Below, piece after piece: positions 24,306-37,829 of a DNA stretch of 64,000 nt. Each line of letters opens with the position of its first letter. The first letter of the stretch is position 1. Source of the stretch: Rhina ancylostomus (taxonomy: Eukaryota); NCBI GenBank assembly GCA_030265395.1, contig JARFYF010000001.1:135347406-135411405 (forward strand). Reading direction: 5' to 3'. Both the position numbers and the translations under genes were made by a program. The notes below the pieces were generated by a model. The model did no database searches, had not been told where the DNA came from, and saw only the letters and a list, made by a program, of their open reading frames with translations.

Positions 24306-25089
24306 NNNNNNNNNNNNNNNNNNNNNNNNNNNNNNNNNNNNNNNNNNNNNNNNNNNNNNNNNNNNNNNNNNNNNNNNNNNNNNNNNNNNNNNNNNNNNNN
24401 NNNNNNNNNNNNNNNNNNNNNNNNNNNNNNNNNNNNNNNNNNNNNNNNNNNNNNNNNNNNNNNNNNNNNNNNNNNNNNNNNNNNNNNNNNNNNNNNNNNN
24501 NNNNNNNNNNNNNNNNNNNNNNNNNNNNNNNNNNNNNNNNNNNNNNNNNNNNNNNNNNNNNNNNNNNNNNNNNNNNNNNNNNNNNNNNNNNNNNNNNNNN
24601 NNNNNNNNNNNNNNNNNNNNNNNNNNNNNNNNNNNNNNNNNNNNNNNNNNNNNNNNNNNNNNNNNNNNNNNNNNNNNNNNNNNNNNNNNNNNNNNNNNNN
24701 NNNNNNNNNNNNNNNNNNNNNNNNNNNNNNNNNNNNNNNNNNNNNNNNNNNNNNNNNNNNNNNNNNNNNNNNNNNNNNNNNNNNNNNNNNNNNNNNNNNN
24801 NNNNNNNNNNNNNNNNNNNNNNNNNNNNNNNNNNNNNNNNNNNNNNNNNNNNNNNNNNNNNNNNNNNNNNNNNNNNNNNNNNNNNNNNNNNNNNNNNNNN
24901 NNNNNNNNNNNNNNNNNNNNNNNNNNNNNNNNNNNNNNNNNNNNNNNNNNNNNNNNNNNNNNNNNNNNNNNNNNNNNNNNNNNNNNNNNNNNNNNNNNNN
25001 NNNNNNNNNNNNNNNNNNNNNTCAATACTTTACACTCACTGATGCACTTCCAGATAGACAGAAGTGTTTTTCAAACTACACACCATGGA

Positions 25090-25375
25090 GCACAAAATTC
25101 TAGGTCACAATGCAGTACTCAGTTAGTGCTGAACTGCTGGTGGGATTGGGATGGGATGATATACTGCAGTGGAGAGAAGGATCTCAAGATACTATTTCAA
25201 AGGCCATTGGGGATTTACCCTTGTGCCGTTGTCAACATTTACAGATTAGCAACAAAATGTCTGGTTATCAATGTTGCTGTGGAGAATCAAATTGCTGCGT
25301 TTCTGTGTTACAACTGTGACTACACCTCAAAAGTCTCTTATTGGCTGTAAAGGGCTTTGAAATGTCACAGGTCTT
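25090..25375 (+). mobile_element. Deu-domain SINE copy
   Basis: caatgcagtactcag...actatttcaaag...ttgctgtgg...attgctgcgtttc...gtgactacacctcaaaag...ttggctgtaaagggctttga. Confidence 0.55.
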
Positions 25376-26289
25376 TAGAATCCCTGTGGAGGGGAAACCA
25401 AAATCCCATGGAAAGTTTAATAGAGCAATGGATACAGGCCCTTTGGTCCAATGTTTTTTAATTTAATTCTTACAAATATTTGACAAATGCAAATAGAAAC
25501 AGAATGTGTTGGAAACAACAGGTCAGCCAGCATCTGTGGGAAGAGAAATTTAGATAACATTTCAGATTAAAGACTATTTCAGAATTCTAGCATCTACAGG
25601 TCTTTTGACTTTTGTGACATGTGAAATAACAGAGCTTCACATCACTGGCAAAACTTATTTGAAGGCTGAGGCGTCCACTGTGTGAACGAAGATTGCAAAC
25701 AAATCAACCGTTAAATGCAAGAGAAAACTATTAGTCATAACTGCTACACACAGACATGAATCGTGGAGTAATTCAAGCTTAAGATAACCTGTTCTATTAA
25801 ATTTGTGGATTTACAAATAGCTAAAATCTAAACATCTTTAGCCTAGTAATCACATCACTGGGATTTTACATCACCCACACAAAAAAACCTCCCAGTGATG
25901 AGAGAATACAGATTAAAGGAAACAACTCTGAACATTAAACTTGATCAAGATTTTTAGCAGCTTGACTAGTCTACATGAGTATAATTACAATGCAATGTAA
26001 ATTGGGGGGCCCCAATAGTATCAAAGCAAACTCCTCTGCCCACCCATATTAGTAGCTTGTGCTAAAGATGAAAAGTTTCAGCCACATTAAAGTTGTGGCA
26101 TGAGAAGGAAATTGGGCCTGAAGAGCATGATAGAAATATCCCACTTCAAGTTCACCACAGGCAAACTCAGGCTCTGATTAAAGTACGAACTTCAAAACAT
26201 TCAGAAAAGTGTGGTTCAACATCTGGTCTCGTGGATGGGTGGAAGTACAGGCTGGAACATTTAATTATAAAGATTTATTATTTTCAGTA

Positions 26290-27000
26290 AGTAGACTGGA
26301 GCTTGGGCAGAAAACCCAAATTTGCACCTTTACCATACACATCTTGTTATCTCCTCCATTTAAAGCATTCCAAGGTACCATTTCCTCCAGGACACATTTC
26401 CACCTCCATCAGTACTGGCACCTTCCTGTGCATCACCTCACTTTTCACAATCACTGTCACCCCAACTTCCCCACACCCCCAGCACAATTTCCACATATTT
26501 CAGTGATTTACTTGTACTATTTCCAATTCAGTATACTGCATTCACTGCTCATGACATGGTCGCCTCTATATTTACAAGGGATTTCTATTCAGTCCACAAG
26601 CGTGGCCAGAACCTCCAGCAGCTCGTTCTCCATTTCACTGTCACTCTGACCTCTATCCTCAGCCTCCTTCACTATTCTAGTTCCATGTATGCTCAAGGAA
26701 CAGCGCTATACCTCCTCACTAAAAGCATTAGTCTTCTTAGCTTAGTTATTGCTCTAATAATGCAGATTTACACTTCCAAGTTTACTACCTTGCCCCATGA
26801 ATCCCTTGTTACCTTACTTGTCCTTTCTTTTTGAGCATTCTTCTGTTCTCTCTTCTACACAGTCCACTGCATCTTAAAACCTGTCCATCTTTTAACTGTT
26901 CCCAGTTCTACTGAAAGATCTTTAGCCCAAAAACGCCAAGTTTTCCCTCCACAGATGTTGCCTGGCTTACTGAGTATTTCCAGCATATTCTTTTTGCATT
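26290..27000 (+). mobile_element. Old Penelope-like element 3' fragment
   Basis: Decayed GIY-YIG-like VYCIHCS*HGRLYI at ~26531-26572, followed by a terminal repeat (tccacagatgttgcctggcttactgagtatttccagca). Confidence 0.65.
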
Positions 27001-30000
27001 GGTTTGATGCACATATCTATGCAGATTACAATTATGGCAACAGTGATCAAAGTGTAGCATCTAGCATGTAAACCATGCCAAGTTTAGTTGATGTTCCAAC
27101 TGCACATTGGAAAGAGAACAGTTCTGCCAGCTGGATTAAAGTGATGCATAAATGTGCATAAATTTACATTGTAAAAAGCTTAACATCATGGAAATAACAG
27201 CAATGAAGAGGACATTGCATTCTGTCCAGCAGTTTGGAATGCTGATTAAATCCAATTAAAAGCTTCCATAGCCTCAATTGAACACAATGCACTTGAAAAC
27301 TGGATACAAACTATTGATGTGAATTCTAGGTTTTAGAATGTTTGACAATCAAATCTGAAATAGAAATGGAAAATGCCAGAAGCACTCAGCAGACAGCATC
27401 TCTGGAAAGAAACACCAGAGCTAATGTTTCAGGTTGAAGATTCTTCAGTGTTTGAAGTGACTGTGCATTTAGTTTGAAACACCCATATGGAATAAACTTT
27501 CAAAGATTACAAATGCACAACTAGTAATTTTGATTTAAGTCACATCAAAAGTTGATAACTCATGCATATTAGATATTACATTTTTCCATTGGTGAGCAAT
27601 CATGTGGGGGCTTGACTTGTGATGTTAGCTCCATTCCTCTACATGTGCAGCTTGACCCAAGAACTTCCAGCTTTATTTTCATTTTACATTCCCAATGTAT
27701 TTTACTTTTGGACTAACTTGAGATGAAAGGAGATAAACAATTTTTAAAAAGATGTTTAAAAGTGGGGAAGTTACACAAATCAGGTTATGCCAAAGGAGAG
27801 GTTGAACAAGGGAAAATAAAGGGGGAAAATAAGAAAAATCAACAAATTACTTGATATCCCAATTACATTTGTGGTTTCTACTCATTTCTCTTGTGCTTGT
27901 TGTATGCACATAGCTCAGGTGTATTCTTGTCAGTAATCCCCTCTTCTATAATAGAACGCAAATTTTTAAAATCAGAAAATATTGAACCTTGAATTTAAAT
28001 GGAAATACTCATGTCTGCATATAACTTGATCAATATGACAACTGTTCTCGTGCTATGTAGTCTTCAGAAAGCAGTCAAGTGAACACCAATACCTTTTGGG
28101 TGTTGCTATAACAGCACATAACAGGCTCAATTATGAACGAAACAGCAATGCTAGTCTGCAAACAAATGTCAGAGAGACTTGGCTGAATTCAGCCCCGCCA
28201 TCTGCCAACCTGATGACAAGGAGGAATGAACTAATACAATACTGTTAAGATACAGTTTTTGTCACTAATAAACTCTCACTTGAAAAGTAAATGAAATACA
28301 TCTTTCAGGTTCAAAAGTTGATTACTGCTTTACACACAATACAAAAATAAACTGCAGCTCCAAAGCCTACTCTTGGAATGGAGGACAAAAACCTTTGATT
28401 ATCTTGCTACCACCCTTTCTGACCATTCTGAAATGAAAAGCTTGACGAAATCAAATATCTAAACTGTTTAGTTTGAGTCAGTTTACAAGTTTCTTTGTGA
28501 AGTTGGTCTTAAATCCAAAAGTATTGGTGAAAGCCTGGGACAAAAGTAGACAAAATTCTATCTTTTATCTCCTTACAAGGTGCGTAGTACTCAGTATAAA
28601 GCATTGGGTGGAGCCTGCTTGCTCTCCAATTGGTTTCTTTGCCTTCACAGAGTTAGTCACCCCCAGTGCTATACAAACCAGTTGCTTGTTTCCATGTTGT
28701 CAAGATTCATGACAAATTGTTTGTAACAATCATACTACACAGCATGAACTGCACTTCAAAAAAAAAAGCAAATCATTTGTATACAAAAAAAACATTTGGG
28801 ATGATGACATGACACTATAAATTACGCCCCTCTTGTTACACAATTCTTTCCAACACCAAAGTTGGCTCTATAATGTGAAGTTGCACCTGGTTGCTGCACC
28901 AAGTTTCTTTGTCCAGAGTGTGCAGATGTGCTAAGATCTGGTCTACTCCTCCAGGAAATAATTCCTTTGTGGGCAAACCAGCTGTTAGTATAAGCACCAT
29001 ATTTTGGGAGTTTGGTAGGGGAAGGGAGGGGAATAGAGAATGCATTCCAGAATGTTCAGAGATGTACATTAGATACTTTATTAAAAAGCATGGGAGAAAG
29101 ACGGCTTTATACAAGGCTTTATTTTGTGGACACAATTTTAGAGAGAATCTTAATTTGCTGGAATAACTGTTTTAAAATGGATAATGCATTTCCTTGGCCT
29201 GATTGAACTTTTGACATAGTTGTGAAGTGTCAACATTTTCAAAAAGCAACTTTAACAATTCAAGCTGACTTTTAAAACAGTTTTCTTAACACTAATCTTT
29301 TGGGGTGGGGGTGTGTGGATGGGTAGATGGCAAAGGGAAAATGAGAGGGGGAAAAAGTACTCAATTCCTTGCCAAAAACTTGTGGTCAATATAAAACCAT
29401 TGAGAGAACATGAATGCATATACAGTAAAGAGGTCTTTGTTAAACACAAGGGCATACAAGTTGAAGCAATTTAGAGGCTGGGACCATTAATCACGTTTGT
29501 AATTCAAAGTTTCAGCCAAGTGATTTGATATCTTTTATGTTACTATGCAATTGTATTGCCCAAGATCTTACACCCTTATGGTTCTGGCGCCAGAGCTTGT
29601 ATAGGGTAGTATCACTTTCAACTTCTCACGCACTGTTTGCAGGTAAAGTTACAGCTCTTGAGAGCAGTTGACAGGTTTTGAGAGGTCAGTTCTTGTTTAC
29701 TTTTCCTCCCTAGACATGAGCACATGCTCCGTAACCAGTATTCTGCTACATGCCACCTAAAGACATCAATAAATAAGAGTGCATAAAAATAACAGTCTAG
29801 GTTGTGTTACAAGCAACAAAACAGGGAAACCTCACCTGTAAAAACAGATCAACATTCATGAAATTAAGGGAGGTAGTCAACCTTAAAGTAATATTTCGTA
29901 AACATTCATGGAGATAATTCTTCTTCCTGTTGCCATCAGCGTTAAAGGTTGATATTTTAAATTTAACCTCAAGGTTTAGGATCTGTGCAACCTCGACTGA

Positions 30001-30121
30001 TGCTAGTCACATCAGGATAAAGTTAGAAACAAATGGGAAAGCAAACAAATTCAACCCAAGTTAAATGATGGAACAAACTGAAGACATGTTAAACATTACA
30101 AAAATACCAGTACCACTCATA

Positions 30122-30520
30122 TCAGTTTGGCTCAGTTGAAAGCATTCTCACCCAAATCAGGTGGTGTTTTGGAATCCCTCACTGGATGGAGAAACTATTT
30201 CATAAGCACCCATTTCTCTGGGAATGTCTGTTCAAGGCTCATATTGCAGCACAGCACTGATACAATGCCATCTGGTTAGAAGTTCAGTTGGTTGAGATAT
30301 TATACAATGCTTTTGTCTACTCAGATACACAAAATCCTATTACACCAAATGACAGGGAACTCTCATGGCTAATAATCTCAAAATCATCTAGCAATTTACC
30401 TACTTGCTTTCTGTGAAACCTTGTTGTGCACCAACTTACTACAGCAAGTACATGAATGAAAATGCTTTACTTCAACATCATCAATTGGTTTTGAAAATCT
30501 TTGCACCCTAAGGTTACAAG
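30122..30520 (+). mobile_element. Deu-domain SINE copy
   Basis: tggctcagttgaaagcattctcacc head and ttgctttctgtgaaaccttgttgtgca core. Confidence 0.5.
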
Positions 30521-31169
30521 GCAGCATCACTTAACTACAACTATTTCTGCCCTAAACTCATTTTAGGAGCGAGTTACACAAGATTCTCAAAACAGTAATA
30601 TTGAGATTAGAAGATTAAACATTTGTTTTATGCAGATTAACTTTTCTAGCAATCTCTGGGCACTGACTGTGTCTGTACAAATTGCTACATATTGCATTTT
30701 TATATTACACTGCATTTCAAACTTATTCCAATATCATTACACCACTGATGAATTCCATCCACCTATTGTTTTACTCCACATTTCCCAAATTCCATAATCT
30801 AACAAAAATCTAGAGTCCCAAACCTGAGAAGTTCAGCTGACCTAGTATCTACAGCTTTTTAGGACAAGTTCCAGATTTTATAATCCAGTGTGGGGAAGTG
30901 CTTCCTCACCTCATGGCTTAGCTCTTATCTTATTAAGAATCTGTGTTTTGGAATCCCTCACCAAATGAAAGTTTCTCCATATGCACTCTTTTCAACCACC
31001 TTGAATAGGGCACCCATAATGTTCAAACAAGGGAATACAAGACATTTATAAAAGGCTCACAAATAATTTTATGTTGCAAACATTTCAGTGAATTCAGAAC
31101 CACTCACGGTTTGGTGCCTGAAACTATGTTAATAATACTATCCATTACTTTTCTGCTGATTGGACAGTA

Positions 31170-31940
31170 AAGAGATGGGTTGGCAATTAGCAAGACTTCA
31201 TTGTCTTGCTTTTTATAGACAGAACGTACCTGGGCAATATTCCACATCCATGGCAGATGCCAATGTTATAATTGTACTGGAAACAGTCTAGTGCATAGCT
31301 AAGTTCTTAAGCCAAGGTCATCAGTAGCAGAGCATGATACTCTGGACCAAAAGCCTTCACCCGATCTGCACCCTCAGCCATTTCTCAAGTCACAAAGTGA
31401 ATCCAATTGGCTGAAGACTGGCTTCTGCAATGTTAGAAATGGATGCATCATCCACTTGGCACTTCTGGTGAACATGTTTACAAACCTTCAGCCTTACCTT
31501 CAGCACTCACTGGGTTCAGCTGTCAGAGGATGGGGATGTTCTCCTCCCATTAGTGGTTTAACTATTCATTACCAGATGTGGCAGAATTGCAGCAACTTTG
31601 ATCCAATCCATTGGTTGTAGAATTACTTAGTTCCATCTACTGTATGATATTTAGTATGTAGCACATGGTGTAGCTTCAGCTGGTTGGCATTCTGTTCACT
31701 TTGGGTGGTACTGCTCCTAGCATGCTCTTCTGCATTCCTCATTGAACTAGCGTTGCTCTCCTAGCTTGACTGTAATGGCAGAGTGGTAGATTTGCTGGGG
31801 CACAAGGTCACAAATTGTGGTCTTGAGGATTGCTACTGCTTCTGACAGACAATGCCTCTCAGAATAGATCTGGCAGCTCAAAACTGGGTGTCAGTTTATC
31901 CCATTTAGCATGCTTGCAGTGTCACACAATGTCTCCTCAG
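31170..31940 (-). mobile_element. Decayed LINE internal fragment
   Basis: ttgtcttgctttttatagacagaacgtacctgggcaatattccacat...gtactggaaacag encodes a W.IAQV.PV.KK.DK-like RT N-terminal motif on the minus strand. Confidence 0.55.
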
Positions 31941-34279
31941 TGTGAGGATTCAATCCAAACTTATGCATTCTAACCGCCCCCCCCCCACCAAATTGTTCTT
32001 TAAATTTATTCCCTTTGGTATGTGGTTATTATCTTTTAGAAATGTTTGTGGACTGGCAGCCCAATCTCTTTGCACCTCTGCAGCTTGGAATCACTCACCA
32101 TGAAAACACTAATTTAGTGCTCTCAGATCCAAGTGCATATCTGTGCACCTGCCCACAATGAAATCCCATCTGTCATTTAACTTTTCTCCTTTGCTCCTTC
32201 ATAAATTTCCACCTCCCATGGACTCAAAGCTATCAGTGACAGTTGCAAGCCATTTTCCTTTATTCAAGTAACTTGCAAGCTGAAAAGCAGAGGCCTCAGT
32301 ACGATTTCTAGCAATGTCATTTCACATATTAACCAAATAGACAAAAAAAAAACCTTTATTCACTTCCACTTCCCAACCAGTGCTATATAAAATTCCACAT
32401 GCCCTTATTTTTGATAATCATCTTTCATTTGGAACCAAATTGAATTTTTTTCTGCAAGTCCATTCAGACTCCCTCGAAGACCATCCTCAGGCACCAAGGT
32501 GGTAATGCTCTCAAAAGTACACAGTCTGGACCTATCATTCATAAATTCATGCCAACTCTTTCAATCACCTCATTGTGTCTGAATGCCAAGTCATTTTGCC
32601 TTGATAAGTTCTGCAGGATTGAACATAGAAAGATAGTTTGCAGTTATCTGGTTTCTCTCTCCACCTTATGTAAGATAACGTAACAGCTGTTGCATCTTTC
32701 CAAGCTGAAGTCAATTTTGTTAAACCCCTTGGGAAAATTATGGCCATTGCTGTATTATTTTAGAGCTTGAGGTTCTGGAATATTTGTCCATCTTGCCATG
32801 CATGTTATTTTCAAATCTTCCTCCACTTAGAAAACAGATAAAATATTGTTTAATGTTGAAAAACTTAATCCACAAATAATTTAACACCAGGATGAAAGTG
32901 CTGTTATAGGCAGGGTTTGAAACTCAGACTATGCTCTTATCTGTCTTTATAGGCAATTTAAAAATAAAAGCCCCAATCAAGTTCAATTCACATTAAACAC
33001 CACCATTCAATTGTGTATCTTAGACAAGGACACTGTTAGCAGAGGGTCACCATACATCTGCCCACATTCCCATATCACACTTCTATCCATCTGGAAGAAA
33101 AAAATTCCAAAAAAAAAATCATTTTTATTGGCAAGCAAGTATAAACTCTGGCTTCATTTCTCAGAATATTCCATGCACTCCAGTGAAAACAATGAATAAC
33201 CTGGATATTTTGTACATATGGGTTGAAATATTCAGGGACAAAAGGTCATTAAAAATTGTAATTTGATTCTGTGGTAATCACTCCAAACGATAACTGCAAC
33301 CAAAAAGCACTGGAACATATTTAGGCAGTGTATATAGTTGGTTGGTCAGGCAATATCAGGTGCAGAATTGTGCGCCAACAACCCATAGTCAGTGCGCAGT
33401 TGTCGATACTAATATGATCTCAGATGGACCAATTCACATCTGGAAAGATAGTCAACACAATACACTTGTTGACATCTGTTGAAAAGTGATTTAATAGCAC
33501 TCTTGTAGCTTGACAGATTAGGTGTTCCACTGGTTCACCCAAATTGTCAAGGTCTTCAATGAGGGGGCGTTAGATTACCATGATTCTCCACTTTATTTCC
33601 ATGGAAACAATTTAAGGACAAGGGCAGCCAAATGGGACAGCAGAACAATAAAGCAACCAAATGGATGCCATCAAGAAGTTTTAAATGCAGGACATAATGG
33701 GCTTGATTATGCTCCTGTACCACAATGTAAAGAATGTCAGAAACTGTCAAGAATTTTTGGTGCTTCCCATAGATGTATCACACCTAGAAAAAATGCAATT
33801 CCATAACTTCTGAGAAACCTTCAAAAACCAAAATATGGAGAATCAGGGCTGCACAAAAGCAAAAAAGGGAATAAACTTACTGCTGGATTAACTATGGGAT
33901 AGAGTGAACTAGCAGCAGCACGAATTAGTGTTAAAAATGCCAATATTTTAATTACTAGGTTATAACAAACTTCAGAAATCCTGCATCAATTGCTTAGCAG
34001 TTACCAACATGCACCTTTAGTCCAACTTCCTAATGGAGAGAGGAACCACTGCATTGCCAGAAGGGATAAGTTGCGGGGTTTTAATGCAATATTAAAGGTG
34101 CAGGAAACTGCAAGCCACAAAAGACTCCATCTAACCAGCTAGTCCCAAAATGTTGCTTCTTGGCATTATTTGAATAGCAGAGCCCAGATACCTTTCTAGC
34201 TCAACATTAAGGTTCTGGGGCATTTGTGCACAAAATGAATGCTGCATTTACCCATCACAAAGCCAGTGTAAACAAAATA

Positions 34280-34639
34280 CAGTAAAACTTAGATAATCTG
34301 CTATCCAACCATTTGGAAATCCCGATGTTTCAGTATCAGCTCAGCTAGTAATATTTTCAGCACTTTGCTTGCCACCTGCACTGTTCACTAGCTGGTAGCC
34401 TGGCTCCCACTCTCCCCTTTCACTCACTGGGGACTATGTTTCTCCACTCCCCTTCCACTCACCAGGTTCCCATGCTCCCTTGAAACTTAGCTGGTTCTGT
34501 TTCCCATGCTCCCTTTAAACTTACTGGGTTCACTGGAAAATTTATTCTGTTTAACATCTAAAAGTAGCGACTTAGAAAGAGTGTTGGAGCATTAATAAAA
34601 CATCTGATATTCCAGAAAGATGCTGGTCCAGTTTTACTG
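34280..34639. mobile_element. Non-autonomous DNA transposon (Tc1/mariner-pogo/Tigger-like MITE)
   Basis: 10-bp terminal inverted repeats CAGTAAAACT (34280-34289) and AGTTTTACTG (34630-34639), flanked by TA on the left and CA on the right. Internal imperfect tandem repeats. Confidence 0.55.
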
Positions 34640-36229
34640 CAGTTTGAGGGGAAACACATTGTTGAGNNNNNNNNNNNNNNNNNNNNNNNNNNNNNNNNNN
34701 NNNNNNNNNNNNNNNNNNNNNNNNNNNNNNNNNNNNNNNNNNNNNNNNNNNNNNNNNNNNNNNNNNGTTGAGGTACAATAGTTTGGAACAGATTTCTACA
34801 GCAAGGGAGACCGAGGGGAGACTCAACCAATCTATACATTGTATGAGATCTACACTGTGAACCAGATGGAAAAGTACATCCTTAGTACATAAATTAACAG
34901 CTGAGGTTTGGAATACTGTCAAAGGTTGGCAAAGGCAGAAATCCTCATCACATTGCAGTAGTACTACAGTGAACATCTGAAAAGCTGTGACTACCAAGGC
35001 TACCAAGTGCAAGTTTGGAAGTGGGATTAGGCCAGCATGGATATAATGGGCCAAATGGCCTCCCCATGCGTAATGGAATCTGGTATCAGAATTATTTTCC
35101 CTTTTGCATTTATGATTATATAACATGTCGTACAACAAATTTCTTAAAAGAATTTTCAATAAGATTTTTATGCTTTTCACAGCTGTCCACTCACCTATTA
35201 TCAATTTAAGAAATCATTTAATAGTCATGGTACTTGATTAGCAAGTTGCAAGTTCAAAGCCTATTGTGACAAACTGAAACTGAATACAGCTTGTGGACTA
35301 GCAGATAACTGGCTACAGAAGTCCTGCTGTTCCACAAACTAGTTTCACTAATATCTCAGTATAAACCCACAACACTCAGGTAGCCTGGTCTATGTAACCA
35401 GATCTAAGACTACAACTATGTTCTATATTAATGCACTGAGTAACTGAAAGATAGTCAATATACCTTACTTCTTCAGTGCAATCCAAATTACAAACAAAAT
35501 ACATCTGATACACCAGTCTTGTACATTTCCTTTGGAAATTAGCACACTCAATGATTAAATTGCAACAGTAAACAAGAAATAGATTTAACAGCATTGTGCT
35601 TCTTCCCTAAAGATCGATATTTTACAGAAGTATTGTGTGCTAAACATTTCAAATTTACAACATTGGAGCACTTTTTATTGTCCAGATTAGTTCAAGACAA
35701 AGCTAATTCATTCAGACTTTGTACTTCACTGGCTTGCAAGTTTTAGCTTTAAATTCCCTCGTGCAATAATAAACCCACATACAAGTAATTAAGATTGGGC
35801 CTAGTCATCATTCATCTCAATCCTCAAAATGTCACTATGGCAGAAGTGTTCTGAAAACTGATCACTAAAGGCTCTCGTTCAGTCAAATAATGTACACAGA
35901 ACATGTGCCAGTGTGATCAAACAGTAACCCAAGGATGACATTAGCTCCTTTTGACCCAATTCTTAAACAATAACGTAGGAACAAAATGTACCTTACATCA
36001 GCTACTTATTACTTTATTTTTACTTGGAAATGTGATAATGAAAGCTACACCACTGGTTTAAAATCACTCAGGATCTCCAATAACAACCATTATAATTCTC
36101 CTACCATTAAAACATTGATATGGAATTGAGTATTCATTGATTAAAAATGTAATACCCCTCCTACTGAATCTTATTTTGCTCTCCAAGCTTGGTTATTTCA
36201 TAAAAGCACATGAAATGACTAGTTTTTAG

Positions 36230-37525
36230 AGTCAGTGTCATAGAAGGATACAGTACAGAATAGACCCTTTAGCCACTGGGCCCATGCCGACCATTAACTG
36301 CTTAGTTACACTAGAATATAGAACACTACAGCGCAGTACAGTCCCTTTGGCCCACGATATTGTGGCAACTTTTATCCTGCTCTAAGATTTACTGAACCCT
36401 TCCCTCCCACATAGGCATATGAATGATATAGAAATGGAGGGCTAATTGTCTCTTAAATGTCCCTAATATAGCTGCCTCCACCATCTCTGCTGGTAGTGCA
36501 CTTCACACACCCACAACTATTAAAAAAAACTTGCCTCTGACATCTCCCCCCCATACCTTCCTCCAATCNNNNNNNNNNNNNNNNNNNNNNNNNNNNNNNN
36601 NNNNNNNNNNNNNNNNNNNNNNNNNNNNNNNNNNNNNNNNNNNNNNNNNNNNNNNNNNNNNNNNNNNNNNNNNNNNNNNNNNNNNNNNNNNNNNNNNNNN
36701 NNNNNNNNNNNNNNNNNNNNNNNNNNNNNNNNNNNNNNNNNNNNNNNNNNNNNNNNNNNNNNNNNNACCTCTATCAAGTCACCTCTCATCCTCCTCCACT
36801 CCAAAGAGAAAAGCCCTAGCTTGCTCAACCTATCCTAAGACATGCTCTCCAATCCAGGCAGCATCCTGGTAAATTTCCTCACCCTCTAAAGCTTCCACAC
36901 CTTCAGATAATGAGGTGACCAGAATACTCCAAGTGTGGTCTAACCAGAGTTTTATAGAGCTGCAACATCACCTCTCGGCTCTTGAACTTAGTGCCCTGAC
37001 TAGTGAAGGCCAACACACTATACACCTTCTTAACAATCTTATCAACCTGCGTGGCAACCTTGAAGGATCTGTGGACATAGACCCCAAGATCCCTGTTCCT
37101 CCACATTGCTAAGAGTCCTACTATTAACCTTATATTCTGCTTTCAAATTTGATCTTCCACTTTTCCGGGTTGAACTCCATCAGCCACTTCTCAGCCCAGC
37201 TCCGCATCCTATCAATATCCTGTTATAACCTACAGCAACTAATCCTACATTAATCTCCATTTTTTATTCTCCCCACAATCTCTAACTCTTTCCACTAAAC
37301 CACCGCGCCCCCCCCCCCCAAACACAATGCACTAGGGGGAATTTAGTGGCCACTTAACCTACTGCCCACATCTTTGGGATTGGGAGGGGTGGGCACAGAA
37401 CTAGAGTACCTAGAGGAAACACATGCAGTCACAGGGAGAATGCGCAAACTCTATACAGACAGTACCCCAAGGTCAGGATTGAACTTGGGTCTCTGGTGCT
37501 GAGGCAGCAGCTCCACCACTGTGCT
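36230..37525 (-). mobile_element. V-SINE/HE1-like tRNA-derived SINE split by the CR1 insertion (pieces 36230-36313 and 37240-37525)
   Basis: V-domain-like gaaacacatgcagtcacagggagaatgcgcaaactc, box-B-like ggattgaacttgggtc at the head, and a CR1-like tail at 36230-36313. Confidence 0.7.
36315..37240 (-). mobile_element. CR1-type LINE 3' fragment inserted into a SINE
   Basis: Translations DLGVYVHRSFKVATQVDKIVKK...EVMLQLYKTLVRPHLEY and LGLFSLEWRRMRGDLIE are CR1 ORF2 C-terminal motifs. The 3' tail is near 36315. Confidence 0.9.
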
Positions 37526-37829
37526 CACAGTTTCTAGCTTGTCCACCCATTTCAGGAGGTACACTGCATTGACAGTATTAGATTCTTTAAGCACAGGTCC
37601 TTCCCAGGTTATGAGGGGGTTCCATGCTTCAGAATTGTTTGGAACCTGAACAGTTCTCAAGTCTGAAATGTGGCCAACCAAGGGCAAAGTGCAGTTAAAT
37701 GCCTGAGTTCCCACACTCCAGAAATTGCCTGCAGCCCCATAGCAACCAGAAAATCCATCCTGGCAGTGTCCCAAATGCTCATATGTACATATGTCAGGGG
37801 GTTGTAACCTGGGGAGGACTTGTACCAAT

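Noticed and set aside
33451-33473. Small hairpin GTCAACA-9nt-TGTTGAC
   Set aside because: A 7-bp stem is expected by chance in 64 kb, and there is no supporting context.
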